A DNA stretch of 64,000 nt, from contig OY762463.1 of assembly GCA_963665815.1 (NCBI GenBank), forward strand, positions 2,528,001 through 2,592,000. The letters run 5' to 3'. The notes under the pieces are model-generated. The model was not told where the DNA came from. It saw only the letters and a program-made list of their open reading frames with translations, and ran no database searches. The stretch's first letter is position 1, and the number at the start of each line of letters is the position of its first letter. This document shows positions 29,798-41,200 of the stretch, in pieces. The translations under genes and the position numbers were made by a program. The stretch comes from Candidatus Cloacimonadales bacterium (GTDB taxonomy: Bacteria > Cloacimonadota > Cloacimonadia > Cloacimonadales > JAIOQZ01).

Positions 29798-30373
29798 TTA
29801 TTTTCCCAGTGAGATTACCTCAATTTTCCTTGCTTCTCGACTAAGCCAGATCTCAAAATCCTTACGATCTTCATTCTGACTCCAGTTTTCGATAGTTATA
29901 CATTCACCGTCAGTTGCTTCAAAGTCATAAAACTTAACGTTAAATTCCTTACCATCTCTGGCTCGAACGTATTTTGCCTTGTAAGAATCATCAAACTCAT
30001 ACTTCTTATTTTTGTAGAATATATCATCTTCATCGCGAACTATCTGCTGTAGATCTGACTCATCTATTTCCTCGTTTTCATCATCATACAATTGAGAAAA
30101 ACTCAGTTCTCTCGTTGTCAGATATACCTCCAGTTCATCATCTTCTTCCCATTCTATGAAAGTAGAGTTCCCTGTCATTACATCAGTTATTTTCAGTTCA
30201 AACCATTCGCCTTCACTGTCGTAGTATTTTCCATACGGTTTAACGTGAAACAGATCGTTCTTTATCTTCATGAATCCGTCATTCCCGATATTCTTAATAT
30301 TATACTTACGTCTGTCATTAGGAGGAACGGGATTCTCCAGTTTTCGTATTAAGTCAAAACATTCGGAAAGCAT
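29798..30373 (-). CDS. DUF4178-family protein
   Basis: Y..SEGEWFE...FIEWEEDDELEV...KFYDFE...ITIENW acidic/aromatic pattern. Confidence 0.75.
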   Translation of the reverse strand: MLSECFDLIRKLENPVPPNDRRKYNIKNIGNDGFMKIKNDLFHVKPYGKYYDSEGEWFELKITDVMTGNSTFIEWEEDDELEVYLTTRELSFSQLYDDENEEIDESDLQQIVRDEDDIFYKNKKYEFDDSYKAKYVRARDGKEFNVKFYDFEATDGECITIENWSQNEDRKDFEIWLSREARKIEVISLGK

Positions 30374-30375
30374 TT

Positions 30376-31578
30376 TTACTCCTCAATCTGTTTCCTTACA
30401 GAGTTAGTAAGTGATTCAACAGAACCTTTGCCGTCTTCAACTCTTTCTCTGAGTTTCTGAGAAAGCTTAGTCAGTCTCTGGCTTGTTGCAGCACCGTTAT
30501 TGATGATTTCCTTATTAGCATTAGCCTGCTTTTTGAAAAGGTCATCAAGCTGATTACATGCTTCTTCCAGTTTATCGATGTTTACAATAGCTTCTGATCT
30601 GGCTTTTGTAATCTGATCACCTGTTTTATTAAGGCTCTTTGCTGTATCAACAAGTGTATTACCTATCGCTTCCTTAAGACCTTCCGTCACTTTTACCGAA
30701 GCACTTAATTCCGCCGCAACTACTGCAAGACCAAGACTGGCAAGAATGGATCTTTCCAGCAGATTAGACATTCTTTTAATATTGTCAAGCTGCTGAATAG
30801 TCAGTTTTGCTACCATCTGCGATCCTGCAAAAAACTGCAGATTAACATTTTCCTCCGTCTGAAGTGAGTTAATAACCGTTGTTACTGTAGCCAGAACTTC
30901 TTCTACATTCTGCTTTGAAATACCTTCCGGTAGAGTTGCTACATAAGCTGTAAGCTGATTGTGTATTCTCTGACCGATATATATGTCTCTTTCTATAAGC
31001 TGCTGCCCGGAAAGCAGCCCTTTATATATTGCATCAAGTTGAATCAGGTCAGATTTCAGCCCTTCTGAAATCTCCCACAATGTTTTCTTGATACCAGTTA
31101 AGGTTGATTTAACTGTCTCGCGTCTTTCATAGATCATGGATAAAACTTTTTCTGAACCCGGAAGTCCGGTTTTCTTGAACAGAAAAGCTACTTTGGTTGT
31201 TACTGGCTGTTGTTTGAGAACTGCCGGATTGATAAAATCTGTAGCTTTCTTGAACTCAAGCAGGGTTGCATTCTTAAGAGATCCTTCCTGATTGTCTTTC
31301 ATCAGAGTAGCTATCTTTTTATCATAAAGTTCAACCTGAGGCATCATAGCTCTGGAACCGTCGTCACCGAGAGAGTTTATTTCCTGAGAGAGCATGATGT
31401 CATTCGGGTTTGTTTTCACTTTTTCCATGAACTTATCTGCAATCATGTTTGCTTCCTGTTCTTTGTCGGCATCCATCCATTTTGGTTTTGCAGGTGCAAG
31501 TCCTTCAGATACCGATAAAGTCGGAACTAATTCACTTACTTCGTTTTGTGGAATTTCTGCTACTTGTGTATCTGCCAT
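30376..31578 (-). CDS. Toxic anion resistance protein (TelA/YaaN/KlaB family)
   Basis: 400 aa coiled-coil; ETVKSTLTGIKKTL...LKSDLIQLDAIY...ERDIYIG pattern; directly follows an XpaC-like gene. Confidence 0.75.
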   Translation of the reverse strand: MADTQVAEIPQNEVSELVPTLSVSEGLAPAKPKWMDADKEQEANMIADKFMEKVKTNPNDIMLSQEINSLGDDGSRAMMPQVELYDKKIATLMKDNQEGSLKNATLLEFKKATDFINPAVLKQQPVTTKVAFLFKKTGLPGSEKVLSMIYERRETVKSTLTGIKKTLWEISEGLKSDLIQLDAIYKGLLSGQQLIERDIYIGQRIHNQLTAYVATLPEGISKQNVEEVLATVTTVINSLQTEENVNLQFFAGSQMVAKLTIQQLDNIKRMSNLLERSILASLGLAVVAAELSASVKVTEGLKEAIGNTLVDTAKSLNKTGDQITKARSEAIVNIDKLEEACNQLDDLFKKQANANKEIINNGAATSQRLTKLSQKLRERVEDGKGSVESLTNSVRKQIEE

Positions 31579-31591
31579 TTTTACTCTCCTT

Positions 31592-32191
31592 CTATTTTAA
31601 TAGATTTGAAAATCTTAAACTTATCTCGTTTGCTTTCATATCAAAATCAGCAACTTGAGCGCTGCTTGTCAGTTCTTCTATACTTTTGAGTTCTCCGAGT
31701 AAAGCTTTCAGGCTCTGCTTGAAGTTCTCACTTTGTTCCTGTCTTTTAGCTTCATTTAAAGTGATGTATGCTTTCAGGATATCTGGTAGATAACCGGTTG
31801 CAATCTTTTCTGTCTGCCAGGTGATTTCTTTATCCGGAAACTTGTTCTTCATATGAGGAATCAGGATTATCAGTTGATCGATAATAGATTCCAAGTTTGT
31901 CAGATGTGGAATTCCTTCTACTCTGGCATCAATATTCAGCTTAAGCAGAGATTTTTTAAGTACATCCTGAGGATCTTCTTTTTGGGTTGTTTTTTTCACT
32001 GTGTTCTGTGCAGGAGCAGTTTTCTTCTTTTCCTGTTTATTAGAACCTCTTCTGAATACAACAATAGCCAGGATAATGGCAATAAACAGAATAATATAGG
32101 ATATTGGAGCGTCGGTAATTATTAAACCTGCACCACCAATCACAATTAAGATAATTAGAGAAAAAATCAAATTTTTCCACGAGAATTCCAT
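31592..32191 (-). CDS. XpaC-like membrane protein (TelA partner)
   Basis: Two N-terminal TM helices; IATGYLPDILKAYITL motif; C-terminal DF..K...LRF. Confidence 0.6.
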   Translation of the reverse strand: MEFSWKNLIFSLIILIVIGGAGLIITDAPISYIILFIAIILAIVVFRRGSNKQEKKKTAPAQNTVKKTTQKEDPQDVLKKSLLKLNIDARVEGIPHLTNLESIIDQLIILIPHMKNKFPDKEITWQTEKIATGYLPDILKAYITLNEAKRQEQSENFKQSLKALLGELKSIEELTSSAQVADFDMKANEISLRFSNLLK

Positions 32192-32572
32192 ATTGTTTCC
32201 TCCTTACGGTAAATATCATTTTCCGTGAGTTTTACATGGTCATAAAACTATTCTATTATGCAAATAATTCTTTTCCAGCATGATTTTTATTACAATGCAA
32301 ATTTATGACAATATTTTTTTTGTATTTACAATGTTTTTCTGGTTTTGAGAAGTTATAAATCATGATTATTGCAGTTTGTGATAAACAAAGGATATTTCCA
32401 GTATTCATAAAATCCATAATTATTAACACTGTAGTGCATTCAAATATATTACTGTTGACAGAAGATAATAGCTTCATTTTTTCTATTGTGTTGTATTTAA
32501 AGAACAATTTATGCACGAATTACAATAACTTCAGAGATTATGAAATGTTCGGGAAATGAAATGGAGGAAAAA

Positions 32573-33508
32573 ATGAAATTCTATAAAGTATTACTAATTT
32601 TACTCGTGTTATTCGGTTGTGCAAAAGAGAATAGAACTTTTTCAGTATCTGTTAGTAACAGAATACCCTACAAGGAAGATTTTGTTCCCTCGCAACTAAT
32701 TAAAATTGATAATGAAACTATTTTGATTGGTAATGACTTTGAACCGCACCTTGTTCTCGGTAAGATTAAGGACAATGAATTTAATGTTCTGCAGAAATTC
32801 GGGAAAAAGGGTCCGGGTCCTGAGGAATTCTCATTCTTTGATTATGGTACTGTTTCGTTTGATGGTGATTCTCTGTATGCCGTCGATGGCTTTAAGGGAA
32901 ACACAATAAAGATATATGACTATAATAATGATGAGTTCAAGTTTGTTAAAACAATTAAACATTTCAGAACTTACGAGCACTTCAAGTTTGCAGAGCATAC
33001 TCTTGAAAGTTATTTCCTGACTCTTGATGACGTTAAACTGAAAAATGTTGTTACCAGTGATACAATACGAAAGAAAACTAAATTTTCGACAGATCATGAT
33101 ATTAATGAGTTAGCCAATCATGTAACAATTCGTTACAATGAGGATTACTTGTTTATGTTTTACAATTACTTCGGTAAACTGACAATACTGGACAAGAAAT
33201 TGAATACTGTGAAAGAGATTGATTTGTGCAACACATATAAAGCTGAAAAGGAACTGGGAGTATTCTTGACAAATGATGGGTTTGAGAGAGTATACCTGTT
33301 CAGCAAAATGCTTATTCTAGATGACTCAAATTTACTGTTCTATAAGTATTCTGAAGAAGATAAAGGAAAATTCTTTCTATATAACTGGAGAAATGAAACT
33401 GCTGAAGGAGAAGCATCGGTAGATGAGCAGCTATGGCAAATGATTAAGCTCGAAGACGATATCCTGGCAACTACTGAGGATGGTTTTGTTGTGTATGAAA
33501 TAAAATAA
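32573..33508 (+). CDS. 6-bladed beta-propeller lipoprotein
   Basis: Lipobox LFGC; FGKKGPGPEEF. Confidence 0.75.
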   Translation: MKFYKVLLILLVLFGCAKENRTFSVSVSNRIPYKEDFVPSQLIKIDNETILIGNDFEPHLVLGKIKDNEFNVLQKFGKKGPGPEEFSFFDYGTVSFDGDSLYAVDGFKGNTIKIYDYNNDEFKFVKTIKHFRTYEHFKFAEHTLESYFLTLDDVKLKNVVTSDTIRKKTKFSTDHDINELANHVTIRYNEDYLFMFYNYFGKLTILDKKLNTVKEIDLCNTYKAEKELGVFLTNDGFERVYLFSKMLILDDSNLLFYKYSEEDKGKFFLYNWRNETAEGEASVDEQLWQMIKLEDDILATTEDGFVVYEIK

Positions 33509-33675
33509 TTCTCTTATTCTTCGAACTTTAGTCTTGATCCGGAATCACATAAAGAGCATTTCGTAAATACACTTTGATCAGGTATATTTACTTTTAAAAA
33601 AGTTTTATTCTTGACTATTTCTATTGAAGTTAGCTTTACTTTGAATATACGGAATCTTAAAACTAAGGAGTGCAT

Positions 33676-36162
33676 ATGTTCGCAGTAATCCTGGGTTTCA
33701 TTACAATAATTCTGGCAGTTGTGATTATCGGCAAACTGAATGATCTGAAATCAGAGACTCAGGATCATTTAAACAAAATACTGGATAAAATCAAAAAGCT
33801 TGAAAGTAAACTGAGTCATTATGAGAAAACCGATACAGGGATTACTATTGAGCCGGAACACATTGATATTCCTGAAAATTCTTCTACAGAGAACAAACAG
33901 GAAGAGGATATATCCTATTATATTCCGGCAGAATCTGTTATCTCTAAGTCTAAAGAAGCTGGACCAGAAAATTCTGTTACAGAAGATAATTTCAAAGAGG
34001 TTACTGATCAGAAGGAACAAAAAATCGAAGAGCCGATTACATCTGATGAAAAAACTGTTAAATTAACTCCGAAAATTGTAGAAGATGCTCGTACTGTTCT
34101 CAAGAAAATATGGAGCTGGATTCTGGTTGGTGAGGAGTACCGTCCGGAAAACATGTCGATGGAATATGCAATTGCAAGCACCTGGCTGATGCGCTTTGGT
34201 ATTGTTGCAATTGTTTTCTGTATTGGATACCTGCTTAACAGTAATATAGATAATAAGATACTTAGTGAAACTACTCGGGTAGTAATCTCAATTGCAGTAG
34301 GAATTGCTGTAATATTCTTTGGATTGAAGCAGATCGGAAAAGCATATCATCTTCTCGGGCAGGGATTTATTGGAGGCGGATTTGCAATTTTGTATAATAG
34401 TATATATGCCGTCGGACCTTTGTACAATAAAATTCCGATACCTCTTGCCTTCGGACTGATGTTTCTGCTGACAATATCTTCCGGACTAATAGCAGTAAAG
34501 CTGGACTCTCTGCTTATTGCTATTCTGGGGATAATTGGCGGATACTGTACACCTCTTCTGCTCAACTCGTCTGTTGGCAGTCCGAATGTATTTTATGGGT
34601 ATTTATTGATTCTCAGCTTAGGAATACTTGGTATATCACATATAAAACAATGGCGTCTGTTGAATTATCTTGGATTTATTTTTACCTGGACGCTAATTCT
34701 CTATACAGACTGTAAAATCCCGGACAAGATATACTTTGCAAATAAGATAGTATTTCTATCACTTTTCTTTATGATACACTCCATGATAACATTCTATTTT
34801 AACCTGATTAAAAGAAAACAATCTGTTATTCTTGATATCATACATTTGATATTAAATACTACTATGTTTGCAGGAATGAGCTATGAGCTGATAAATCATG
34901 TTGCAGGCAGACCTTATCCTGCAATTATGTCTATATCAGTAACCATATACTTTATAGTGGAAATTCTTTTCTTCCTGAAGATAAAAGTAACTGATAAGAA
35001 TCTGCTAACAACTCTTATTGGTATGGCTGCATTCTTTCTTATCTGGTCAATTCCACTTCTCGCAAAAAATGAATCTCTGACTATAAGCTGGGCGATCATG
35101 GCATTTGTAATGCTATGGCTGGGATTCAAATTAAAAAGCAATCTTATGAGGTGGATATCTGCAATACTATACATAATTGTAATCTACAGGGCAGGCTTCA
35201 TGGAAATACCGGACAAGTTTACAGGGAATCAATGGATTAGTAAACCGATTATTGAATACTGGAAAATGTTCCTGACCAGACTTTGGACAATTGGAACAGT
35301 GATAGCGTCAGTATTTGGAGCGCATTTACTGTGCAACCGCAGAGCAAAAGCAATTGATGAGCTTGTAATAAAAAGTGACAATGATATTAAATTACAATTC
35401 AGAGAAAGCTATTTCATGCGTTTTGTGTTCTGGGCAGGTATTATTTTCACATTTATCTACCTTTTCCTGGAAACCGGTGAAATGTTCAGTTTCAATTTGT
35501 CTCTGAGTCTTACGATTCCAATGCTTGTTTTGTGCAGCTTCACGTATTTTATCATCTCAAGATTTATGAAGAGTGAAAATGGATTGATGTTGTTTATAAC
35601 ACTGATGGCTCTTTTCATCATTGTTCTTAAACAGTATATTTATGATTTTCATTTATGGCTTTTTACTACGGAATATCATGTATTTAATTCACATCCGGGA
35701 TTGTCCATCTTCCGATTGATTCAATATGCAGGTATACTGTATGTTATATACTTTGCTGTCAGAAACTTCAGAACAAAAACAACTTTGAATGGTTTATCAA
35801 AAGGATTAACTATTATTGGACTGGTTCTTCTGATTACTTACACAACATTGGAAATCAAAACGTTTTTCTACCATTATCTGAGAGATTTTATGGATGGAGC
35901 TGTTTCTATGAACTGGGCATTTTTTGCAATTGCCTTTGTAATCTTCGGAATAGTTAAAGACAGTAAAGCTTATAGATTCTCCGGTCTGATAATGTTCCTG
36001 ATAGTAATGATAAAAGTGTTCTTCATAGATCTGTCTGAAATGCCAGTTATTTACCGTGTTCTGGCATTTTTGATTGTCGGTATTCTGATGATTTTCGGAT
36101 CTTTCTTATACTTGAAATCAAACTCACTGTTTAAATTAAAGGGAAAATCAAATGAGGATTAG
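33676..36162 (+). CDS. DUF2339 predicted membrane protein
   Basis: WLMRFGIV...GGGFAILY...GIIGGYCTPLL...IKVFFIDL...YRVLAFLIVG. Confidence 0.88.
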   Translation: MFAVILGFITIILAVVIIGKLNDLKSETQDHLNKILDKIKKLESKLSHYEKTDTGITIEPEHIDIPENSSTENKQEEDISYYIPAESVISKSKEAGPENSVTEDNFKEVTDQKEQKIEEPITSDEKTVKLTPKIVEDARTVLKKIWSWILVGEEYRPENMSMEYAIASTWLMRFGIVAIVFCIGYLLNSNIDNKILSETTRVVISIAVGIAVIFFGLKQIGKAYHLLGQGFIGGGFAILYNSIYAVGPLYNKIPIPLAFGLMFLLTISSGLIAVKLDSLLIAILGIIGGYCTPLLLNSSVGSPNVFYGYLLILSLGILGISHIKQWRLLNYLGFIFTWTLILYTDCKIPDKIYFANKIVFLSLFFMIHSMITFYFNLIKRKQSVILDIIHLILNTTMFAGMSYELINHVAGRPYPAIMSISVTIYFIVEILFFLKIKVTDKNLLTTLIGMAAFFLIWSIPLLAKNESLTISWAIMAFVMLWLGFKLKSNLMRWISAILYIIVIYRAGFMEIPDKFTGNQWISKPIIEYWKMFLTRLWTIGTVIASVFGAHLLCNRRAKAIDELVIKSDNDIKLQFRESYFMRFVFWAGIIFTFIYLFLETGEMFSFNLSLSLTIPMLVLCSFTYFIISRFMKSENGLMLFITLMALFIIVLKQYIYDFHLWLFTTEYHVFNSHPGLSIFRLIQYAGILYVIYFAVRNFRTKTTLNGLSKGLTIIGLVLLITYTTLEIKTFFYHYLRDFMDGAVSMNWAFFAIAFVIFGIVKDSKAYRFSGLIMFLIVMIKVFFIDLSEMPVIYRVLAFLIVGILMIFGSFLYLKSNSLFKLKGKSNED

Positions 36163-37477
36163 ATATACAATAATATTACTTCTGCTGACGTCTTCTATGG
36201 TATTCTGTGTAAATGAGAATATTTTTCCATATTCCAGAGATGTTCAACTTTCGGAGAATAACGGCTCTTCTTTGGGAAAATTTATTCTGGATTCAGAATG
36301 TCTGGATAAATTGAATAACTCATATAGTAATATGCGGTTATACGAAGAGAATGAAGTTGCATTTATGGTCAGAACTTCCACCAAAGATGATTCAATTACT
36401 TCTGTTGTTACTTCTGAAACCGAAATTTTGTCTTTTATAAAAAACAAAGACTATTCCGAGATCATTTTTAAACTGACAGATAAGGATATGATTCCTGAGA
36501 AATGCGTTGTAGAAACATCTGCAAGGAATTTTGAGAATCAAGTATTCGTTTACGGTAGTAATGACAAAAAGCGATGGAAACTACTGTCGGAAAATCAGAT
36601 AATCTTTGACTACTCAAAATATGTTGATTTAAGAAATACAGAGATATTCTTTTCTAAGGAAAAATTCTCACTCTATAAGCTTGTGGTGAGTAGACAGATG
36701 CGGCAAAATGAATCACCTCTGTTAAGGATCATCGAGAGTTCCGGCTCAGGTACAAGTAATATTACTGATGTCAGCGAGCTGCGGAATTCAAGTATAAAGA
36801 TATCAGATATAAAATGCTCGGTAGAAATGTACAAGAAGAGTCATTCTCAGAGTGTGGATATTAAATATCCGGTTAGAGAATTCACAATTGAGGAAGTAGA
36901 GAAAACATCTCAGATTATTCTGGAAACATACAGAGAACCCATAAAAGAAATTAAGCTTCTGACAGATAACGAATATTTCTATAGAAATGTGATAGTGTAT
37001 GGATCAGAAGACAGTAATAGCTGGTCTATAATAAAACAAGATGTAATAAGTCGTTATGCAAAAAGTGACACAAGGAAGGATCATACTTTAATCAGATTCA
37101 GTAATTCCGTAAGAAGTCATTTCTTCAGAATTGTAATTAAAAATGAAGATAATGTACCGCTTATAATTAACAATACAGAGCTCAAAGGAGAACAGAAGGA
37201 ACTGATCTTTGTACATAATAACATCGAGTCTTTTCAGTTATACTACGGAGGAGATTCTAATTTAAGACCATCCTATGATATAGTAAAAATCAATTTGGAT
37301 GAGTTCAGCAAATTTAATTTGTATAACCTGAAATCTGAAAAAACAAATCCTGATTTCGAGAGTGTCAGAGATTTAGGGCAGTTATCAAAATATGCATTAT
37401 GGCTGATGATACTGATTTTGATTCCGGTTCTTATCTATCTCCTTTATTTCAGTATTAAGAAAGTGGATAAGATGTAA
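36152..37477 (+). CDS. DUF3999-like exported protein (usual DUF2339 partner)
   Basis: Signal peptide; VYGSNDKKRW, NEDNVPL and LYYGG..PSYD motifs; C-terminal TM; overlaps DUF2339. Confidence 0.7.
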   Translation: MRIRYTIILLLLTSSMVFCVNENIFPYSRDVQLSENNGSSLGKFILDSECLDKLNNSYSNMRLYEENEVAFMVRTSTKDDSITSVVTSETEILSFIKNKDYSEIIFKLTDKDMIPEKCVVETSARNFENQVFVYGSNDKKRWKLLSENQIIFDYSKYVDLRNTEIFFSKEKFSLYKLVVSRQMRQNESPLLRIIESSGSGTSNITDVSELRNSSIKISDIKCSVEMYKKSHSQSVDIKYPVREFTIEEVEKTSQIILETYREPIKEIKLLTDNEYFYRNVIVYGSEDSNSWSIIKQDVISRYAKSDTRKDHTLIRFSNSVRSHFFRIVIKNEDNVPLIINNTELKGEQKELIFVHNNIESFQLYYGGDSNLRPSYDIVKINLDEFSKFNLYNLKSEKTNPDFESVRDLGQLSKYALWLMILILIPVLIYLLYFSIKKVDKM

Positions 37478-37602
37478 AACTGAAACTATAGATGCTATTT
37501 GAAACTTTTGAATAATAGAGTTATTACTGACTTTGCTTCACATAAAGAACAAGTACAAATTCACAGGCAATTCAATCTTATTGAACTATAAGCTAGTATA
37601 TC

Positions 37603-38178
37603 TTAGTTTTCACTATACCAGTTAAATCCCGGAATATCTTCATATAACATCAGGACATCAGTGTAAAACGTATCATCTCCGAGCTTCAGGAAAATTCTGT
37701 AAAACCCTTGCTGTACTACTTCACCTTCAGAAAGCCAGACAAGATTTTTAAATCCTGCAGTAACTTCCTCGTCTATCAGTATATCAATAACATTTTTTTC
37801 TTTAGAATCAGGTACATTGAAAAAGTTGTTTAACTCAGAATTCAGTGAATTTGAGGGATATGCGTTTTCTATCCATACTTTACAGTGCATATCCTCAGGT
37901 GATGTAAACACTACTACAGGACGTCCATTATTTGGGTTAGGACATAATTTCATATTGGGATAGACAACTGTAAATGTTTCGTCTGATCCACCATATTCAA
38001 CCTCTTGATTTTCAATCACATGAGGTGTACCTACTTCTCTAACAACTCCTCCACATTCATCAGTAACAAAAATACCTTCAACGATATTGTATTCTGAACC
38101 GGGTCCTATAGAGCTTCCATCTTCACAACTTGTACCCATAAGCAAAAATGCCAAAGCAATTAAAACTATATATTTCAT
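37603..38178 (-). CDS. Lipoprotein with an FlgD-Ig/sorting-domain-like fold
   Basis: Lipobox GTSC; CPNPNNG...ILIDEEVTAG...LVW...GFYRIFLK. Confidence 0.55.
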   Translation of the reverse strand: MKYIVLIALAFLLMGTSCEDGSSIGPGSEYNIVEGIFVTDECGGVVREVGTPHVIENQEVEYGGSDETFTVVYPNMKLCPNPNNGRPVVVFTSPEDMHCKVWIENAYPSNSLNSELNNFFNVPDSKEKNVIDILIDEEVTAGFKNLVWLSEGEVVQQGFYRIFLKLGDDTFYTDVLMLYEDIPGFNWYSEN

Positions 38179-38292
38179 AATTTTCCTCCTGTAAAATTGA
38201 GTCAGATTCAATATATATTTTTTTTAATATGTCAAGTTTTTTATACTAAATATTACACCATGCCGATATTATTATCAAAAAATCATCACAGA

Positions 38293-41200
38293 TCAAATGT
38301 ATCTTCCCGTAACAGACTCAGAAACATCTTTCAGTTCTTCAGGAATACATGTTGCTATAACAAAACCACCCTTACTGCCACCTACCGGTCCCAGATCAAT
38401 CACAAAATCGGCATTACGTATAACATCTGTATTATGCTCAATAATCACAATTGTATTACCGGAGTCTCTAAGCTTTTCCAGCAGCTTCAGGAGTCTTTCT
38501 ATATCCTCAAGATGAAGCCCTGTTGTAGGTTCATCAAGAAGAAAAAGTTTCTCACCCTTATTGTCTGTCAGCAGATTCTTACAAAGTTTTAACCTCTGAA
38601 CTTCTCCTCCGGACAATGTATTGAGGGATTGACCCAGCTTTATGTATCCCAGTCCTACTTCAGTCAGCATATTCAATACTTCGGATATCTTCTTATACTC
38701 AGCGAAGAATTCAAGAGCCTGCTGAACCGATAACTCCAGCACATCATGAATACTCCTTCCATACAGTTTAATTGCCAGTACTTCTTCTTTATAACGTTTC
38801 CCGTGACACATATCACATTCAAGGTTCACATCAGCGAGAAAATCCATACTGACCTTCATACGCCCTGACCCCTTACAGTTCGGGCATTGACCCTGTTTAT
38901 TCACATAGGAAAAGTGGGTTGCTCTATATCCATTTTCAACAGATTCCGGTAGTTTTGCAAACAACTTCCTTATATCATCGAATAACCCTGTATAAGTTGC
39001 AGGAACGCTGTTGGTTGATTTTCCCGGTTGCTGCTGATCTGACAGTATTACATCAGAAAAGTTTTCAAAACCATTAACCTTATCAGCATACTGAGGTTTA
39101 CCCATTGAATAGGAATCATAAATAACATCATTCATCAATGAGGATTTTCCGCTTCCAGAAACACCGGATATAACTGTGATCAAGCCTTTTGGAATATCTA
39201 TATCAATATTCTTCAAATTATTTGCTCTTGCACCGGTTATTCTTAAAGCTGATTCATCGGAATGCTTTCTTTTGATCGATATTGATTGCTCATGATTTAA
39301 ATATCTTCCGGTCTTGCTGTCGGGGTTAGCTTTAAGATCTTCAAAACTGCAATTGGCAATCAGATTTCCTCCATAAATTCCTGCTCCGCTACCTAATTCT
39401 ATTATTCTGTCTGCATTTTCAATTACATCCCTGTCATGCTCTGATACAATCACAGTATTACCTTTATCTCTGAGTTTTTTCAGGGTCGTAATCAGTTTGT
39501 CTGTATCTGCAGGATGAAGTCCTTTAGTTGGTTCATCAAAAATGTATGTTATACCTGAAAGTTCACTATTTGTCTGCACAGCAATTCTTAGTCTCTGAAA
39601 TTCACCACCTGAAAGCGAGTTTATTCTTCTTGATAGAGAAAGATACTCCAGACCGGTGCTCTCTATTGTTTCGAGCTTTTCTATCATTTCAGGATTTATC
39701 TTCTCAATCACAGCTTGTTCTTCAATTGTATAGCTTGAACTGAATTTCAACATCTCATTTAATTGCAGCTTTAACTCAGAGATACTGAGGGAAGCGAAAT
39801 CATGTATGTTTTTCCCATCTATAATGTAGGACAGTCCTTCCTGTTTCAAACCTGAACCATCACAATGCATACATTCTACTTCTGTAAAAAGATCCAGCAT
39901 CTGATTCCCACGCTTATCTTGATGTTTCCTCTCATATTCTTCTGCAATATAGCCGGTAAATCCCAGCCATACGGTCTTCATTCGGTGTTCACCTTCCCTA
40001 TTCTTGCGCTTGTACTTCCATACTACATCGTATTCACGACTACCTGTTCCGTACATGGCAATATCTTTTGCATCATTACTAAGATTACTCCAGATTTGAG
40101 AAAAATCTATTTGATGTTCAAAGCCAACCTGCAATAAAATCGCAACATACTGACCATAAGGATCACCATAGAACTTCCCTGTTTTACTCCCATCCATTGC
40201 TCCGGAAATCAATGCTTTTTCAGGTTCAGTAACAATTTTATCAGGATCAGCCATATTCATAAAACCAAGTCCCTTACAGACAGGACATGCACCTTTTTCG
40301 TCATTGAACGAGAATATGGATGATAAAACATTTTCATGGGCTGTATTCAGCTCGGACTTACCTATTCTGGCAAACATCAGACGGAGAATATCGTAAATAC
40401 CTGTTAATGTTCCCACAGTTGAACGAGGATTGTTATAATCTGTACTTTGCTTAAGGGCAATACAAGGAGAAAGTCCGGTTATACTTTCAGCATTCGGCTT
40501 TGCCATGTTTTTGAGGAATCGTCTGGCATATGTGCTCATACTCTCTGTAAAACAACGATGAGCTTCTGCAAAGATTGTATCAAACAGGAGGGAAGATTTG
40601 CCACTACCGGAAATCCCTGTTAAGACAGTCAGTGAATTATGTGGAATCTTAAGTGAGATGCTCTTCAGATTGTTCGTAGAAACACCATTCAGCTCTATCT
40701 CATCAGATAATTCTTCTCCTGTGAAATCTACTTTATTACATTCACTATTTGTAAAAGAATTAAATACAGAAGCTGAACTATCAAGCATATCCTGTGGATT
40801 TCCACTGAAAACTACATTTCCACCTGACGGACCACTTCCGGGACCAAGTTCAATGACATGATCACCCGAATACACAACATAAGGATTATGTTCAATGATG
40901 ATGATTGTATTTCCCTTATCTGCGAGTTTATGTAGGGCATTTAGAAGTACTTTCACATCATAAGTGTGCAGCCCGGTTGTAGGTTCATCCAGTATGTAAA
41001 GGGTTGAGCCGGTGTCCGGCTTGCAAAGCTCAGAAGCCAGTTTAACTCTCTGTGCTTCTCCACCGGAAAGTGTTGTAGATGGTTGACCAAGTGTGAGATA
41101 CCCAAGTCCTACATTCTTTAGAGTGTTAAGTATATGTGAAATTTTCTTGTTATCGCTGAAGAATTCTACTGCTTCATTTATTGTCATTTCCAGAACATCG

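Noticed and set aside
32256-32285. Sigma-54 promoter for the eight-gene operon (TGG...TTGCA on the minus strand)
   Set aside because: GG-to-GC spacing is 13 nt rather than the required 10.
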